This document shows, one piece after another, positions 1 through 11,019 of a stretch of DNA of 45,494 nt. Source of the stretch: Nemertoderma westbladi (lineage: Eukaryota > Animalia > Xenacoelomorpha); contig JAUCBJ010007465.1 in NCBI GenBank assembly GCA_032718475.1, positions 1-45,494 of the forward strand, written 5' to 3'. Under the pieces are notes generated by a model. It saw only the letters and a program-made list of their open reading frames with translations. It was not told the origin of the DNA and made no database searches. A program made the position numbers and the translations under genes. Every line of letters begins with the position of its first letter. Positions within the stretch are counted from its first letter, which is position 1.

Positions 1-149
1 ATCCAATACCAAAATAAATAAAAATGCTCCCCAAAAACTAACTTTTCACACCAAAATATATAACAAAACCCCCAAAATTTATACAGATTTTCTCAAAATA
101 AATACATATTCCCCCAATATAATCGAATATTCTAACAAAACGATCCTAC

Positions 150-2625
150 TGTGTTGTCCAGATAGGAAAATACCACCGCCTGACGACCTATAACCGTATC
201 GCTATAGGTACTACGTTATGTATCACGGAGTGTCCCTACCTAGAAGTTAATTACCGCGGTCTACCCGAACCAACGTGCCTATTAACCACTTTACAACACA
301 AATACACTGCCTACACACTAATCACCTTCGGAAAGTACTGTACACTAAACCCTAAATTAGGTACAAGTACTTGTATAACAAATAATCAGTAGTTAAAAAT
401 ACTTGAACAGCCAAAAGAACCACGGTATCTGCTGGAGTGACCGGTGCACAAAATCACCAGTCTTTACCTACGCCGAGCAGCCCTGATGTAGTACCGGGGT
501 TAGTTTAACTATAACAGTATGTATAGCAAACACAATTACTGTAGGAATAAACTTGGGGATATGAATGTTGCGAATAATCGCATAAACTCTGAATAATAAA
601 TATTACGCTACGCGTACAAACCATTCAAACAAAATGCAGACCAAATACTGACAGACTACTATCAAGCCTAAACAAACTACGGTATATGCAGACTCCGAAA
701 TGGTTAAGTAGTATGCGTTCTAACCCAGTAGTACGACTTATTCTTTAGATGGGGGTTTACCTTACAGCGATGGCTGCCCCTACTTCCTAACCGTTCTTTA
801 TCGGACAGATGCTTTACACACACCGAAATTTCCTCAAACCCAACAGCAGCCAGACAACTATCCAGCCTACAAATTATCTAAATAAAATTATACGCTACCC
901 GTACAGACTACACAAACAAAGTACAGACCAAACGCTGGCGGACTCCTATCAAGCCTAAATAAACCACAGGACATGCAGACTCCGAAATGGTTAAGTAGTA
1001 TGCGTTCTAACCCAGTAGTACGACTTATTCTTTAGATGGGGGTTTACCTTACAGCGATGGCTGCCCCTACTTCCTAACCGTTCTTTATCGGACATACACT
1101 CTACATGCACTGCAATCCGTTCAGACCTAATCAACAGTCAGCCAACAGTCAAGCCTACAAATTATCTGTACAATCTGAGCAGGCTTACACGCCTTCTGCT
1201 CAATACTGGCCTACAAATAAATAAAACTGCCAGAAATAAGTAAACTATACAAAAGAATGAGGGGTGATCAATCCCTATTCCCCTGGCAGCCTACAGTATA
1301 CAATAGATCACAATCGAATAATACTGCTGTACCTATACTGTTGTAGGTACCGGTCCGGATGATCAGGCAGTCAGGCCTACTGGTTACCGGTCGACCGGTA
1401 CTTTCGACTAGATTGCTTACACCGCAATCCAGAAGCAATATCTGTTATTGTTTGCGCTTTTGAAGACCTTTGACAGTTTAACCTGCCAAAATTATAATGT
1501 CTTTTGTTTGATAGATAGTCTTTAGCCTATGACGAGTATTTGATACACTACATTAGCCGAAGCCAGTCTATGCGCAATCATTCACCCGTTGGATATACCC
1601 GGGAGACTGAGTTCGGAGCTTAATGATTGATGGTGTAAGCCTACTGTATTATTCGACTGATCGTAATATATAATCTCTGACAAATATTATTCACTTTCGG
1701 GAAATATTAACAGTTCCTTTAGGACGTGGCGCTCTAAATATGTAAACAGAATTATGACTTAAACTAGACACAACGAAAAGGCTATAGATTTACGTATATG
1801 GCGCATTCTTTAGGAGATGCTTTGTTATCAGTTACAATCATACACAATGCTGCACAATACTGCACACTAATCTGCCGACCTTCACTAAATTTGGTCACGT
1901 ATAAAGAGAGCAACATACAATTTATGTCGGGCATATGAAATAGCATTAGATTCACTTCAAACCACTCAACATAGGTCGCAATCGTTTATCTGTAACCGGT
2001 CTCTCTAACCTTTAGTATATCGAGAAGGTGGGGTGTCTGACTATTGATCAGTATTCCGATATAATAATTCATCAACCAATATAATGAATAACCGACAGTG
2101 AAAGCAGTAATATTAGTAAGATATAAACAATAACACTGAATTGCATTGAATTGGTTTGTAAGTAGTTTGATAACAGATATACGTTCTATAATTAAGCCTA
2201 CTAATGTAAGAGCTAAAGAGCTGATAACACGGAGGTGCCAAAAGCCGGTGTTCTTAGGCTCTGGGCAAAAACATAACACTGAACTACTGAGTTCTGTATA
2301 CACCTCCAACACAGAGACAAAAAACGCTCTGATTGGTCAACCGAACAACGAGAGAACAAAGAAACAAAGAAACGTCGACGTGGCAATATCAGCTGTTAGC
2401 CGTCGTCATGGTAGCGACACTGTTTTCAAGAGTATCCAGCTTATCGCGTCACGAGATTGCGGATTATGTCCTCTAAAGTACAAATACAGTACAAATACAG
2501 AAGAAATGACTTTTATGTCCTCTAAAACACCAGTACAGCAAGGACACGGCCTTTTTATGCCTGGCAAACCAACTACAGAGTACTTTAAGGGAAAATAACC
2601 GGTTAATGACGCAAAAGCTTTTACA
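150..2625 (-). repeat. 3' LTR (long terminal direct repeat, ~2.48 kb)
   Basis: 147-2625 matches 11792-14268 with only about eight differences seen by eye. - strand ends are TGTAA...AACACA. Confidence 0.85.
600..1170. repeat. Internal tandem duplication in the LTR (period 287 bp) with an identical 122-bp core
   Basis: 686-807 equals 973-1094 exactly, while the flanking parts of the unit are diverged. Same arrangement at ~12245-12815. Confidence 0.9.
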
Positions 2626-2633
2626 CCGCTCCC
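2626..2633 (-). promoter_or_regulatory. Polypurine tract (plus-strand priming site) of the BEL element
   Basis: - strand GGGAGCGG directly precedes the TGTAA start of the 3' LTR. Confidence 0.65.
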
Positions 2634-2651
2634 AGAAAATGGGATTTAAGT

Positions 2652-3854
2652 CTATAAAATATAACAAATCACAGTTTCTAAAATATAAAAATACTCTAAA
2701 CAGTTAGTCTTTCTTACGCGGACGGCGTTTACGCAGTTTTTTGAGGCTAGCAAGAGTCCTTTTCTCTTTGGGGCGAGCCACTTTACTAGGAGGGCTATAA
2801 ATCCTGGGTGAAGGGTGCAATATGATTGCATCAGAAGGTGTAGGATTATGGTCGGGGTATCCGCCGTTTCGATATGCTTCTCCTCGAGCTGATTTTCCTC
2901 CGCTCGTAGCTGGATACGTTCATCCAAAAACTCTCGCAGAGAATGGGGTTGTCTAAGTTCGATATCTTCTTAGAGATTCTGGATTTCACAATCGAACTGA
3001 GATAAAGACAATTCGTTTATCGCTTGGACTTGCTGTTACAACTTACGTTTATCTGAACAAACGCAGGTTTCCTTTCTGATCTTTGTAGAATAGCGTTTAA
3101 CTCGTTTGGTACAACGTTCTCCGCCACTTTGGTGACAGGTTATATCGTGTTAAGCCGGGACGATGGTAAGGGTTAAACGGCGATATTAAATGTCCGCGTC
3201 CCAATCCGGCTAGGTAGGATGGGCTAATATCTAGGAAGCCCACAACTGGGGTGCCACCGACTAATCGTTCAGGTAACACTAGATCTTTGAGCAGTGAGTA
3301 CAGCTCGGGAGGATCCGTCATACTAATAGGATCAAGAGTCTGAGGTCTCACTAGGGAATGAGGAGCTCTGATCGAGTATTCCGAAACTCTGATCATTGGT
3401 TTATTTAAGGATCGTCTGAGTCGAACGAGCGTAGGTGATACATTGAACAAGTTTCGCTCGAAACTCCCGTAAGTATAGCGAGTAAAACCGTGTTTAAAGC
3501 AACGTCTCCGCGGATGTTTATGTCTTTCCGTTTGTTGGTTGGGTCTTGGGCATTCATCGCAATAATACCAAAAACGCACGTCTTGTAGGGGAAACGCGAG
3601 TGATCTTTCTCCAGCTTACAATATTCCTCCATCCGTTCGAAGCTATCCGGTACAACAGGTAGCGATCGATCGGCGGTAAGATACATCATAGTGGAATAGA
3701 GCCGTTTGAGTTCTACCATGCGGTCATGATGTATACCTTGAGGATATCGAGTTTCTAGATTCTGTTGACTGGTAATATCGAGATAGGTTTCTCTCAAGCA
3801 TTCCAGGTATTTGGTGGAGTCGCTGCGTTTATCCGGCTCTTTCGACATCTGCAC
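2652..3854 (-). pseudogene. Further accessory coding-like segments (149, 160 and 91 aa); possibly one frameshifted, decaying gene together with 3929-4225
   Basis: Consecutive or overlapping same-strand ORFs in a GC-richer block. The frame of the 91-aa ORF extends upstream through two TAA codons (…KL*QQVQAINELSLSQFDCEIQNL*EDIELRQ…). No family recognised. Confidence 0.4.
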
Positions 3855-3928
3855 TTTCGAGTCGGTTTCGAATAGAATTTTCGTGTTCGAGTCTCAGTTT
3901 ATCGTTCCGCTTCCGCTGGGTATGATAT

Positions 3929-4225
3929 TTAAATAAACCATTTCCCTTTGGTGTCTATATCGTTCGTATCGTGTAGGTCGATAGGATGACCAGTAGTTAA
4001 GAAGTTCATATATATACCATTACGATGCGTATAGCGAGCGGTGAATTTTCTACAGTCCAACTCACGCGTGAGCTGCTCTTGGGACATTGGCGGTTCGATA
4101 TAACGACCATCGTCCTCCGCAGCAGTTGGACCAGCGTCGCCGCGTATCAAGATATCGACAAACGCTTGTAAAGGTAGAGTATATCGCTCCCTGATACCAA
4201 GATCATCTTCTATCAACTCAATCAT
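3929..4225 (-). CDS. Accessory ORF (98 aa) of unknown function in the BEL 3' region
   Basis: ATG-initiated ORF in the same sense as gag. A homologous segment at 37327-37391 preserves EDDGRYIEPPMSQEQLTRE through 7 synonymous third-position changes. Confidence 0.65.
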   Translation of the reverse strand: MIELIEDDLGIRERYTLPLQAFVDILIRGDAGPTAAEDDGRYIEPPMSQEQLTRELDCRKFTARYTHRNGIYMNFLTTGHPIDLHDTNDIDTKGKWFI

Positions 4226-5057
4226 ATCTGCTATATAAGTTTATCCATATTATAATGAGTTTATATTTAGGCGAGCGGGCGTCGCTGCCTACCCCTCTCT
4301 GCCCCCGGACAGTGCGAGATCCTCAGCGCTGGTGTACTTTCGCCGATGTGCCTATCGCCAACGTCGTAGCTGCACAACGACTACAACAACCAGCACGAGC
4401 CACTCCACCGTCCGTCCCAAAGGCTTAGATATACTTCAGGTTCTTACTGGAGAGTTAGGGTTACTTTCACAATTGCGACTCGCTACTGTAAACACACCTT
4501 AGTAGTAACATTCACCTACAAACGCACAAATTCCACGTAACAATCACAAATGGTACACATTCTATCACACATTCGGGTCATTTGTCCGTTAGTCAAGTGC
4601 CTTCCAGAATGTCACGTTGTTATTATGTATCCTTGGACACTAGCGGTGTGTTATTTATTCCCTATGCTATTCAATGGGGTATGCTTTCTATTGTTCTTTT
4701 AATTCACTTCTAATTCTAGCGTGGTTGTTGCCATGGTGACATTATGGAAAGCTAGCGGTAGAATTAGGGTAATTCTCATGCATACAGATCTGGGATGCTA
4801 TTTAATAGTAAGTCTTTAATGGTCAATATCCCCTTTATACATGATTCTATGAATTTTATCGGCTATTGACTATACATTGGAGATTCTCGCACACAAATAC
4901 ACTTAATAGAGTGAATCTCCGCTCCCATGATCTATTAATTAATGGAATTTTGGGAATGTTATAAATTGTACAAAATGACAATTTATTAAATTCATTGAAA
5001 TATCTGAATTTAAATTTATTCCCGTAAATTTTATTATTTAATGTTAAATAGACACAA

Positions 5058-5325
5058 TTTTATTCCAGAACGTGTCTGGGGACTGGGATCCTTGATTCTA
5101 GGAATTTTGTCCTTTTAAGAGTATCGGTAAGTGCTACGATATCTTAATCGACTAGAATTTTAAAGGATCTGATATTTGACAGATTTTGTAAATATTAATA
5201 ATTAATATTTAGGATGGGCACCAGTTTATTTCAGAACTTGTCTGGGGACGTTAACCATTGATTCTAGAATTTTGTCTTTCAAGTATATCGGTGGGTGCCG
5301 CGATATCTTAATCGACTAGAATTAC
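5058..5325. repeat. Diverged ~100-bp direct repeat (period ~166 bp) in the BEL internal non-coding region
   Basis: Both copies share tgtctggggac, ttgattctag and cgatatcttaatcgactagaatt. Confidence 0.8.
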
Positions 5326-5867
5326 AGATGGTCAAAGGGTTTAACAGATTTATTTTGCGTTATACGCTACTGTTAAAGGGACATCACGCTACTATATGTA
5401 TTATTTAATATATGGTATGAGAGCAATATCGCACGAAGCAATGTCAGTGTGAAGAGGCAAGTCGTTTCCAAGGTCTACCCAGAGCTTGGTTTAGCCGAGA
5501 CACGAGGATCTGAACTTTGCATTCCTAATACTCTGCCTACCAATAATACTTGAATATAGTAGTGGCTTTATTGTACTTTAATAAGTACGGACATTTCATC
5601 TTACTGTAGTTACGTATTTATAATATAACACGGACAGTAAGGAAAGAGAAAAATACTTGTTTCTCACCGTCACACTAAATATAATATAAGTAATTACGTA
5701 CGCAATAAACACGAATATATTGCACTATTCTACTAAATAATCGCTAAATAATATTCTACTAAATTAAATAAAACGATTATAATAAAATTACATAGTAATA
5801 CATACAGAAATATAAAAATAATAAAATAATATAAAATAATAGAGTCACACACCCACTCCATATGTTG

Positions 5868-8800
5868 TTACGTTATGGAGTCCCTAGATGTTTGAAGGAT
5901 TAGGGAAGTGGTCGTGGGAAGAGAATCTTGCCTTCCACAGTTTCCGGAGAGTCCTCCATTCCCTTCCGGTAAACACAAACGACCGACTGGGTGATTGAGT
6001 CGCTGCATCCCGAATACAATTCCAGGTTTCCTCTTCGTCCTGGAATAGTGACGATAGAAACATCGCTCTAGGTACACGACGGCCTTACAAAGCCGATTCC
6101 AGGAGCTATAGTGGTCCGTCGCTCCCTGCAGGAGAGGTGAGAGTCCCTGCGAGACGTCTGATGTTCCAGAGCTCCAATCGCTCTCTCTGATCTTCATGAA
6201 GGATCCACTCGCGGTGGGGAGGTCCAGATCCACGGCGTCGTCCCTGGCAATATGTAATACCGACAGATCTATCCCGGGTTCAAATAACTCCGATCCACCC
6301 ATCCGGGTTTTAGGTTTGACTTTCTCCGCTCCCTTGGCTGGTCTAATCTCAGTCGGAGTAAGATGGGGAGGCCATTCATCCTCTTTACTCAGGAAGTCGG
6401 GTTCACCTAACCGGTCTGTAGTATCTGTCAGTTCTTGAGGAGTTGCTCCTCTGGAAGCGATGTCAGTTGGATTAAACTTCTTGGGGCAATATCTCCATTG
6501 ATCTACATTGGAGCTAATATCGTCATTATCTGAGGAGTATGGTGTTCCCTCAGTTGGGTCGTCTCCCTCACTAGTATCATCTTCCCATTCACTCACCTGG
6601 CAGACGCGATCTTGAAGCAGTCTTTCTCTGAGTGTTCTTCGGGAAGGTCCAGTAAGGTACCAACCTACTCTAGTTCTTACCGCATAGGTCTGAAGTGGTT
6701 GCGGTTGAGCAGGTCGTTTCTCCAATGTCTCCAGCGCCTCATGCGCGTTTTGACCGATTAATATTTGTACTCCAGGATAATCGGTGTCGAATCTAGGAAT
6801 GTTAAGTTGTTGGGCATGATCATCTTCGTCCCAATTATAAGGTTCCACTTGGGTGGTAGCGAAGTTCTTTATTTCCACCATTTTGACTGACCTTATACTG
6901 TGTTCTCCTAGTTTATCCTGTGGAGTGGACAACTCACCTATATAATAGTCGGCAGCCACAGCAGATTTCCAAACCTGCATGATCCCTGACATGTTTAGCT
7001 TGGTTCGGAACTTGGGTTGTCCAGCAAAGATGTCTTCGGCTAGTTCTTTATCGATGAATGTTCCTGTGCTGCCGGAGTCCAGGAGGGCGTTCACTATATA
7101 GCTCTTCTGAGGTCCGTGGACCCGTAACTGGACTACAGGAAATTCTCGGATTCCTACATTTGTAGTTGGCGCTTTCCAGGATTGTTGTTGATCTGAAGTA
7201 GTTAGGGTGAGGTCGCTGTCTGTGTCTTTCTCATACATGAGTGCTCGATACACTGCGGTGGTGTTTATTAAGTAACAGGATTCGTTTTGGTCGGAGAATT
7301 CGTCCGTATAGAATCCTTCCATCTCAGAACTTTGGTCAGTGTCGTTCACATCACTGAATTGGACATGTAGTTGTTCGGACTCACTTACCTGACTCGGGCT
7401 GCTTCGTTCGAATTCAGTGTGCAACAAGATATGATGTTTTGCACCGCACTTTGCACACCTTGCGTCGGAGTAACAGGTTCGCCGTTGGTGTCCTCGTCTG
7501 AGGCAATTATAACACAACCGCTTATCCCACATGACTTCACGTCTGTCCTTTAGAGATTTCCTCAGGAATTCATCACACGCACTTAAACGGTGGGGCCCAT
7601 CGCACAGCACACATTTGGGCTTGATGTTACTTACTTTAACATGTGCTGTGTGGTGCACGTTCGTTCTTTCCTCGGGCTTTCTCACCTGAACTCTCTTGGG
7701 AGACGTAGGAGGAGTTTTTCTTACCTGTTCTCTCCTGTCATTGGTTCGAGACTTGAATTTACTTACCTGGTCTTTAGGCGTTTTATTGACATAATAAGAT
7801 CTTTCAGTGTCTTTCCCGCTATCCTCTCCTTGAGAAGTCTGGCTTTCGCCGTCGTCTGTATAACACACTGGTGTTACCCTTCTCCTAGAAACGGGTTTCT
7901 CACTTACCTTGTTTTCCAGTGTCTTCTCTCTGGACTGCCTTAGGAGCTGTAATTTCACTTCTCCATCTAAGAATGACATGAGATCAGCCATGGTAGGGTC
8001 TCGTCGTTGTTGTTCCATCATATATAACACTTTCTTGTCCCAGCGTATACCTACTCCACCCTTGGGCAAAGTAGATGCTAAGGCTCCTACAACCATAGAA
8101 TTCTGGTATTCATGAGACTTACCTAACCAATCTAGTTGTCTACAGATCTCCTGAATCTCATCGGAAAACCTTATAATCCCGCTGCTAAAAAACTTTCGGG
8201 GCGCTACCAACTTTGCATACAAATACCTAGCTATGTTATTCCTATTACCATACCTGATGTTTAGTGTATCCCAAACTTGTCTTAATCCGTCTGGATGTCC
8301 AATAAACTTTAACGCCATTAACTTGGGAGATCCTTCCAAGCACTCGATGAGGAATCTAAGTTTCTCTCCATTAGATAGTACAGAGTTCTGTATGTTATCT
8401 TTGTAATATTCATTAAAAGGTAACCATTTCATCTCATCTCCATTGAACTTGACGATCTCTCCCACCTTTACCGCTTGCCGGGCTTCGGTTCTAGCCATTT
8501 GACGCGTAAAACTTTCTTGGGCCATCGTGTTATTTAATATCGAGTTATCGGTATATAAATTTCTCGGATTATGATCCGGTCTATAGGGAATATCATTATC
8601 AACAGGTCTATAATTACCCTTAATAGGGTTCACTATAGGAGTTTCTACTTCGCTAGCAGTATAGATGCATGTAGGCTCCACACCTTGCGCATGAGATACT
8701 TCAGACCTAACAGGTTGACACATTGTTACGGGGGGTGTTGGTATACCCTTTTGTGTATTTACTAATTTATCGCGTTCTAGCACGATACTTTGCTGCACTT

Positions 8801-10889
8801 CTTGCAACTCTAATCTACTTTCCCTTACTGTGCCCTTGAATTGCTGAACGGTCTCCTGCATCTGTCCGAGCAGGAGATCCATCCCCCGTCGTCTCTCATC
8901 CACCCATTCAACCGCCGAAGCGGGATTCGCCAACGTTGTAGCGGGCGGACGAGGGACAACGGGCGACAAATCATGAATATTTCGCTCGGAGTCCAGGGCA
9001 TGAACTGTCTCCTGGGCTGTTCTGCTGGGCACAGGTATCTTGGTACTGTGCAAAGGGAATTTAGAGGTAGGTTCAGGGAACACAGGTGTCTCTATCACCG
9101 AAGGGGTGATTTCAAGAACAGGCCTAATTATTTCAGGCTCATCTACTATAGTAGGGAGTCTTTCTATTGTAATTATTTGGTCTGTGGGTTCTGTACTACC
9201 TAAGTTGGTGTTATTTAGTTGCCTTCTAACAGCTGGAGGCAAATCAGGCAATTTCTGACGGTGGGATGTTCTTTTACGTCTGCTTAGGTGAGATCTATTT
9301 CCTTTGCCCTCAGTATCGGTGGTGTCGCCTTCCTCAGATGATGTATATCCCTGTCTTTTGGGGGTAGATCGATTCATCATCTGCATATTACTAGCTGTTA
9401 ACTGTTTATTTATGCAGTCTTGATTCTCCTGAATGTTTTCCAATTCTAGTTGGGTGGTTTCTTCAGCCGCTCTCCGTTCTGCTTCTGCTACTGCCTCTGC
9501 CGCCTTTCTTTCCGCTTCGGCCGCTTTTCTCCCCGCTTCTGCTTCTGCCGCTGCCGCCTTTCTTTCCGCTTCGGCCTCTGCCGCTGCCGCCTTTCTTTCC
9601 GCTTCGGCCGCTTTTCTCTCCGCTTCTGCCTCTGCCGCTGCCACCTTTCTTTCCGCTTCGGCCGCTTTTCTTTCAGCTTCTGCCGATGCCACTGCTGCTG
9701 CTACTGCCGCTGCCTTTCTGTCTTCTATACGTTTTTTCTTTACTTGTTCTTCTTGGACTCTAGTGATGCGGAGGCGTTCATCAAATTTAGCCTGGTTCGC
9801 AGCCCTCATTTCCACATCGATGGCATCCAACACACGCTGAGTTCCTTCGCTATTAGGGCTAAGTCCATCTAACCTTCTCCTCAACTCTTCATCTCCTAAA
9901 AAACGCTGATAGTCTGACAGATAGATGTCAATGGCATCCCTCTTATGCGGTTTCTCTGCCGTCGCTTCACTTTCCACTTGGGAAAAAGTAGCGTCTGTTG
10001 ATTCTCCATGGGTTGAGCGCTCCTCCAGCTGAGCTTTCCACTGAGCCGTTCCTTGAACCTGGCGACTCACCCGTTGAAACCAAGTCTTTACGGCAACTTG
10101 CAACGACGTGTCTTGTCTTCTTTTAGAAGCCTCTTCAAAGGCTGATAATATTAGCCTGATTCGCAGAATTCTTTCTCTAACTTGATAAAGCAGTTGTCCC
10201 TGCTCTTGAGGTCCTTGAGGTTGTTGAAACAGTTGTTTTACTACTCGCTCCATAGAGCTGAAGAATCCCTGTGTGTATCCGGCTGCGGACCTCTTCCACA
10301 CAGCTGGATCGATGGTTTCCTTGGCTACTCCCATCCGGTGTATGTCTTCCCAGGCAGCTTCTGATAAATCAAATGGGAGTCCGGGTCCGGGGAAGTTCCA
10401 TTGCGACTCGACCATAGACTTCAGCTCTTCCCTTGTGTATCCCTCATAACTATCTTTAGTTGCTCGCTTATGTCTCGCCCAATCGATCTGGTGTTCTTCC
10501 ACAGCGATCAATAACCTAGTGAGTACGGCTGCAGGAAGGATGAGAAGGGGATCCGAATAAACCGCATCCGTCATCCTTGCTCCGCGCTCGGGTGTCAGCT
10601 CTACAGTATCTTCACTACTGGAGCTGTCGGGCCGCTGAGAAATAAGTTCTTGGTTCGCGGGTTGTTGCTGTTCCGCTGCTTCTTGGTCCCGCTTGACCTG
10701 AGCTCGAGTGCCTATGATAGACCTACGATGTTGGACCAGCCTAGGTTCTGTTATTACTACTGGAGGGATGACCTTCCTCACAGTGGGAGGTGAACTGAAC
10801 TTAGGACTAGACGGTTCTACACCTCTATCTGAGTCGCAGATAGTTACATCTAATAAACTGTCTGACAGGTTCTGCTTAGTATCAGACAT
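5868..10889 (-). CDS. BEL/Pao Gag-protease polyprotein (1673 aa) lacking RT, most of RNase H and integrase
   Basis: DUF1759-like Gag core (KFNGDEMKW…EKLRFLIECLEG…RYG), knuckles CVLCDGPHRLSAC / CYNCLRRGHQRRTC / CAKCGAKHHILLH, protease ALLDSGSTGTFI…ILIGQN…GWYLTGP. It then jumps to the RNase H tail (QWRY…NPTDIASRG) and to an integrase-terminus-like HPVGRLCL. No YVDD or DDE core. Confidence 0.92.
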   Translation of the reverse strand: MSDTKQNLSDSLLDVTICDSDRGVEPSSPKFSSPPTVRKVIPPVVITEPRLVQHRRSIIGTRAQVKRDQEAAEQQQPANQELISQRPDSSSSEDTVELTPERGARMTDAVYSDPLLILPAAVLTRLLIAVEEHQIDWARHKRATKDSYEGYTREELKSMVESQWNFPGPGLPFDLSEAAWEDIHRMGVAKETIDPAVWKRSAAGYTQGFFSSMERVVKQLFQQPQGPQEQGQLLYQVRERILRIRLILSAFEEASKRRQDTSLQVAVKTWFQRVSRQVQGTAQWKAQLEERSTHGESTDATFSQVESEATAEKPHKRDAIDIYLSDYQRFLGDEELRRRLDGLSPNSEGTQRVLDAIDVEMRAANQAKFDERLRITRVQEEQVKKKRIEDRKAAAVAAAVASAEAERKAAEAERKVAAAEAEAERKAAEAERKAAAAEAEAERKAAAAEAEAGRKAAEAERKAAEAVAEAERRAAEETTQLELENIQENQDCINKQLTASNMQMMNRSTPKRQGYTSSEEGDTTDTEGKGNRSHLSRRKRTSHRQKLPDLPPAVRRQLNNTNLGSTEPTDQIITIERLPTIVDEPEIIRPVLEITPSVIETPVFPEPTSKFPLHSTKIPVPSRTAQETVHALDSERNIHDLSPVVPRPPATTLANPASAVEWVDERRRGMDLLLGQMQETVQQFKGTVRESRLELQEVQQSIVLERDKLVNTQKGIPTPPVTMCQPVRSEVSHAQGVEPTCIYTASEVETPIVNPIKGNYRPVDNDIPYRPDHNPRNLYTDNSILNNTMAQESFTRQMARTEARQAVKVGEIVKFNGDEMKWLPFNEYYKDNIQNSVLSNGEKLRFLIECLEGSPKLMALKFIGHPDGLRQVWDTLNIRYGNRNNIARYLYAKLVAPRKFFSSGIIRFSDEIQEICRQLDWLGKSHEYQNSMVVGALASTLPKGGVGIRWDKKVLYMMEQQRRDPTMADLMSFLDGEVKLQLLRQSREKTLENKVSEKPVSRRRVTPVCYTDDGESQTSQGEDSGKDTERSYYVNKTPKDQVSKFKSRTNDRREQVRKTPPTSPKRVQVRKPEERTNVHHTAHVKVSNIKPKCVLCDGPHRLSACDEFLRKSLKDRREVMWDKRLCYNCLRRGHQRRTCYSDARCAKCGAKHHILLHTEFERSSPSQVSESEQLHVQFSDVNDTDQSSEMEGFYTDEFSDQNESCYLINTTAVYRALMYEKDTDSDLTLTTSDQQQSWKAPTTNVGIREFPVVQLRVHGPQKSYIVNALLDSGSTGTFIDKELAEDIFAGQPKFRTKLNMSGIMQVWKSAVAADYYIGELSTPQDKLGEHSIRSVKMVEIKNFATTQVEPYNWDEDDHAQQLNIPRFDTDYPGVQILIGQNAHEALETLEKRPAQPQPLQTYAVRTRVGWYLTGPSRRTLRERLLQDRVCQVSEWEDDTSEGDDPTEGTPYSSDNDDISSNVDQWRYCPKKFNPTDIASRGATPQELTDTTDRLGEPDFLSKEDEWPPHLTPTEIRPAKGAEKVKPKTRMGGSELFEPGIDLSVLHIARDDAVDLDLPTASGSFMKIRESDWSSGTSDVSQGLSPLLQGATDHYSSWNRLCKAVVYLERCFYRHYSRTKRKPGIVFGMQRLNHPVGRLCLPEGNGGLSGNCGRQDSLPTTTSLILQTSRDSIT
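9465..9720 (-). repeat. Coding tandem repeat (AAEAERKA) forming an Ala/Glu/Lys-rich predicted coiled coil in Gag
   Basis: Repeated gccgcttttctttccgcttc units; seen in the translation. Confidence 0.9.
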
Positions 10890-11019
10890 GTTTGTTTACA
10901 CAGTTGAATGTCTACTGCTATATTACAGTCTAAGCAAGTCTAGTAATTCAGTGTTAACTGCTAGTCTAGTAATTAATTACAGATTACTGCTACTCAGTGT
11001 AGCGTGATATATAATATAT

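Noticed and set aside
1986-2667. ORFs within the LTRs (also 13631-14241)
   Set aside because: Frames are not preserved between the two LTR copies (indels near 2210-2225) and no motifs are recognisable.
9433-9872. Ala/Ser-rich and Cys/Arg/Phe-rich + strand ORFs
   Set aside because: Antisense shadows of the Gag coding repeat.
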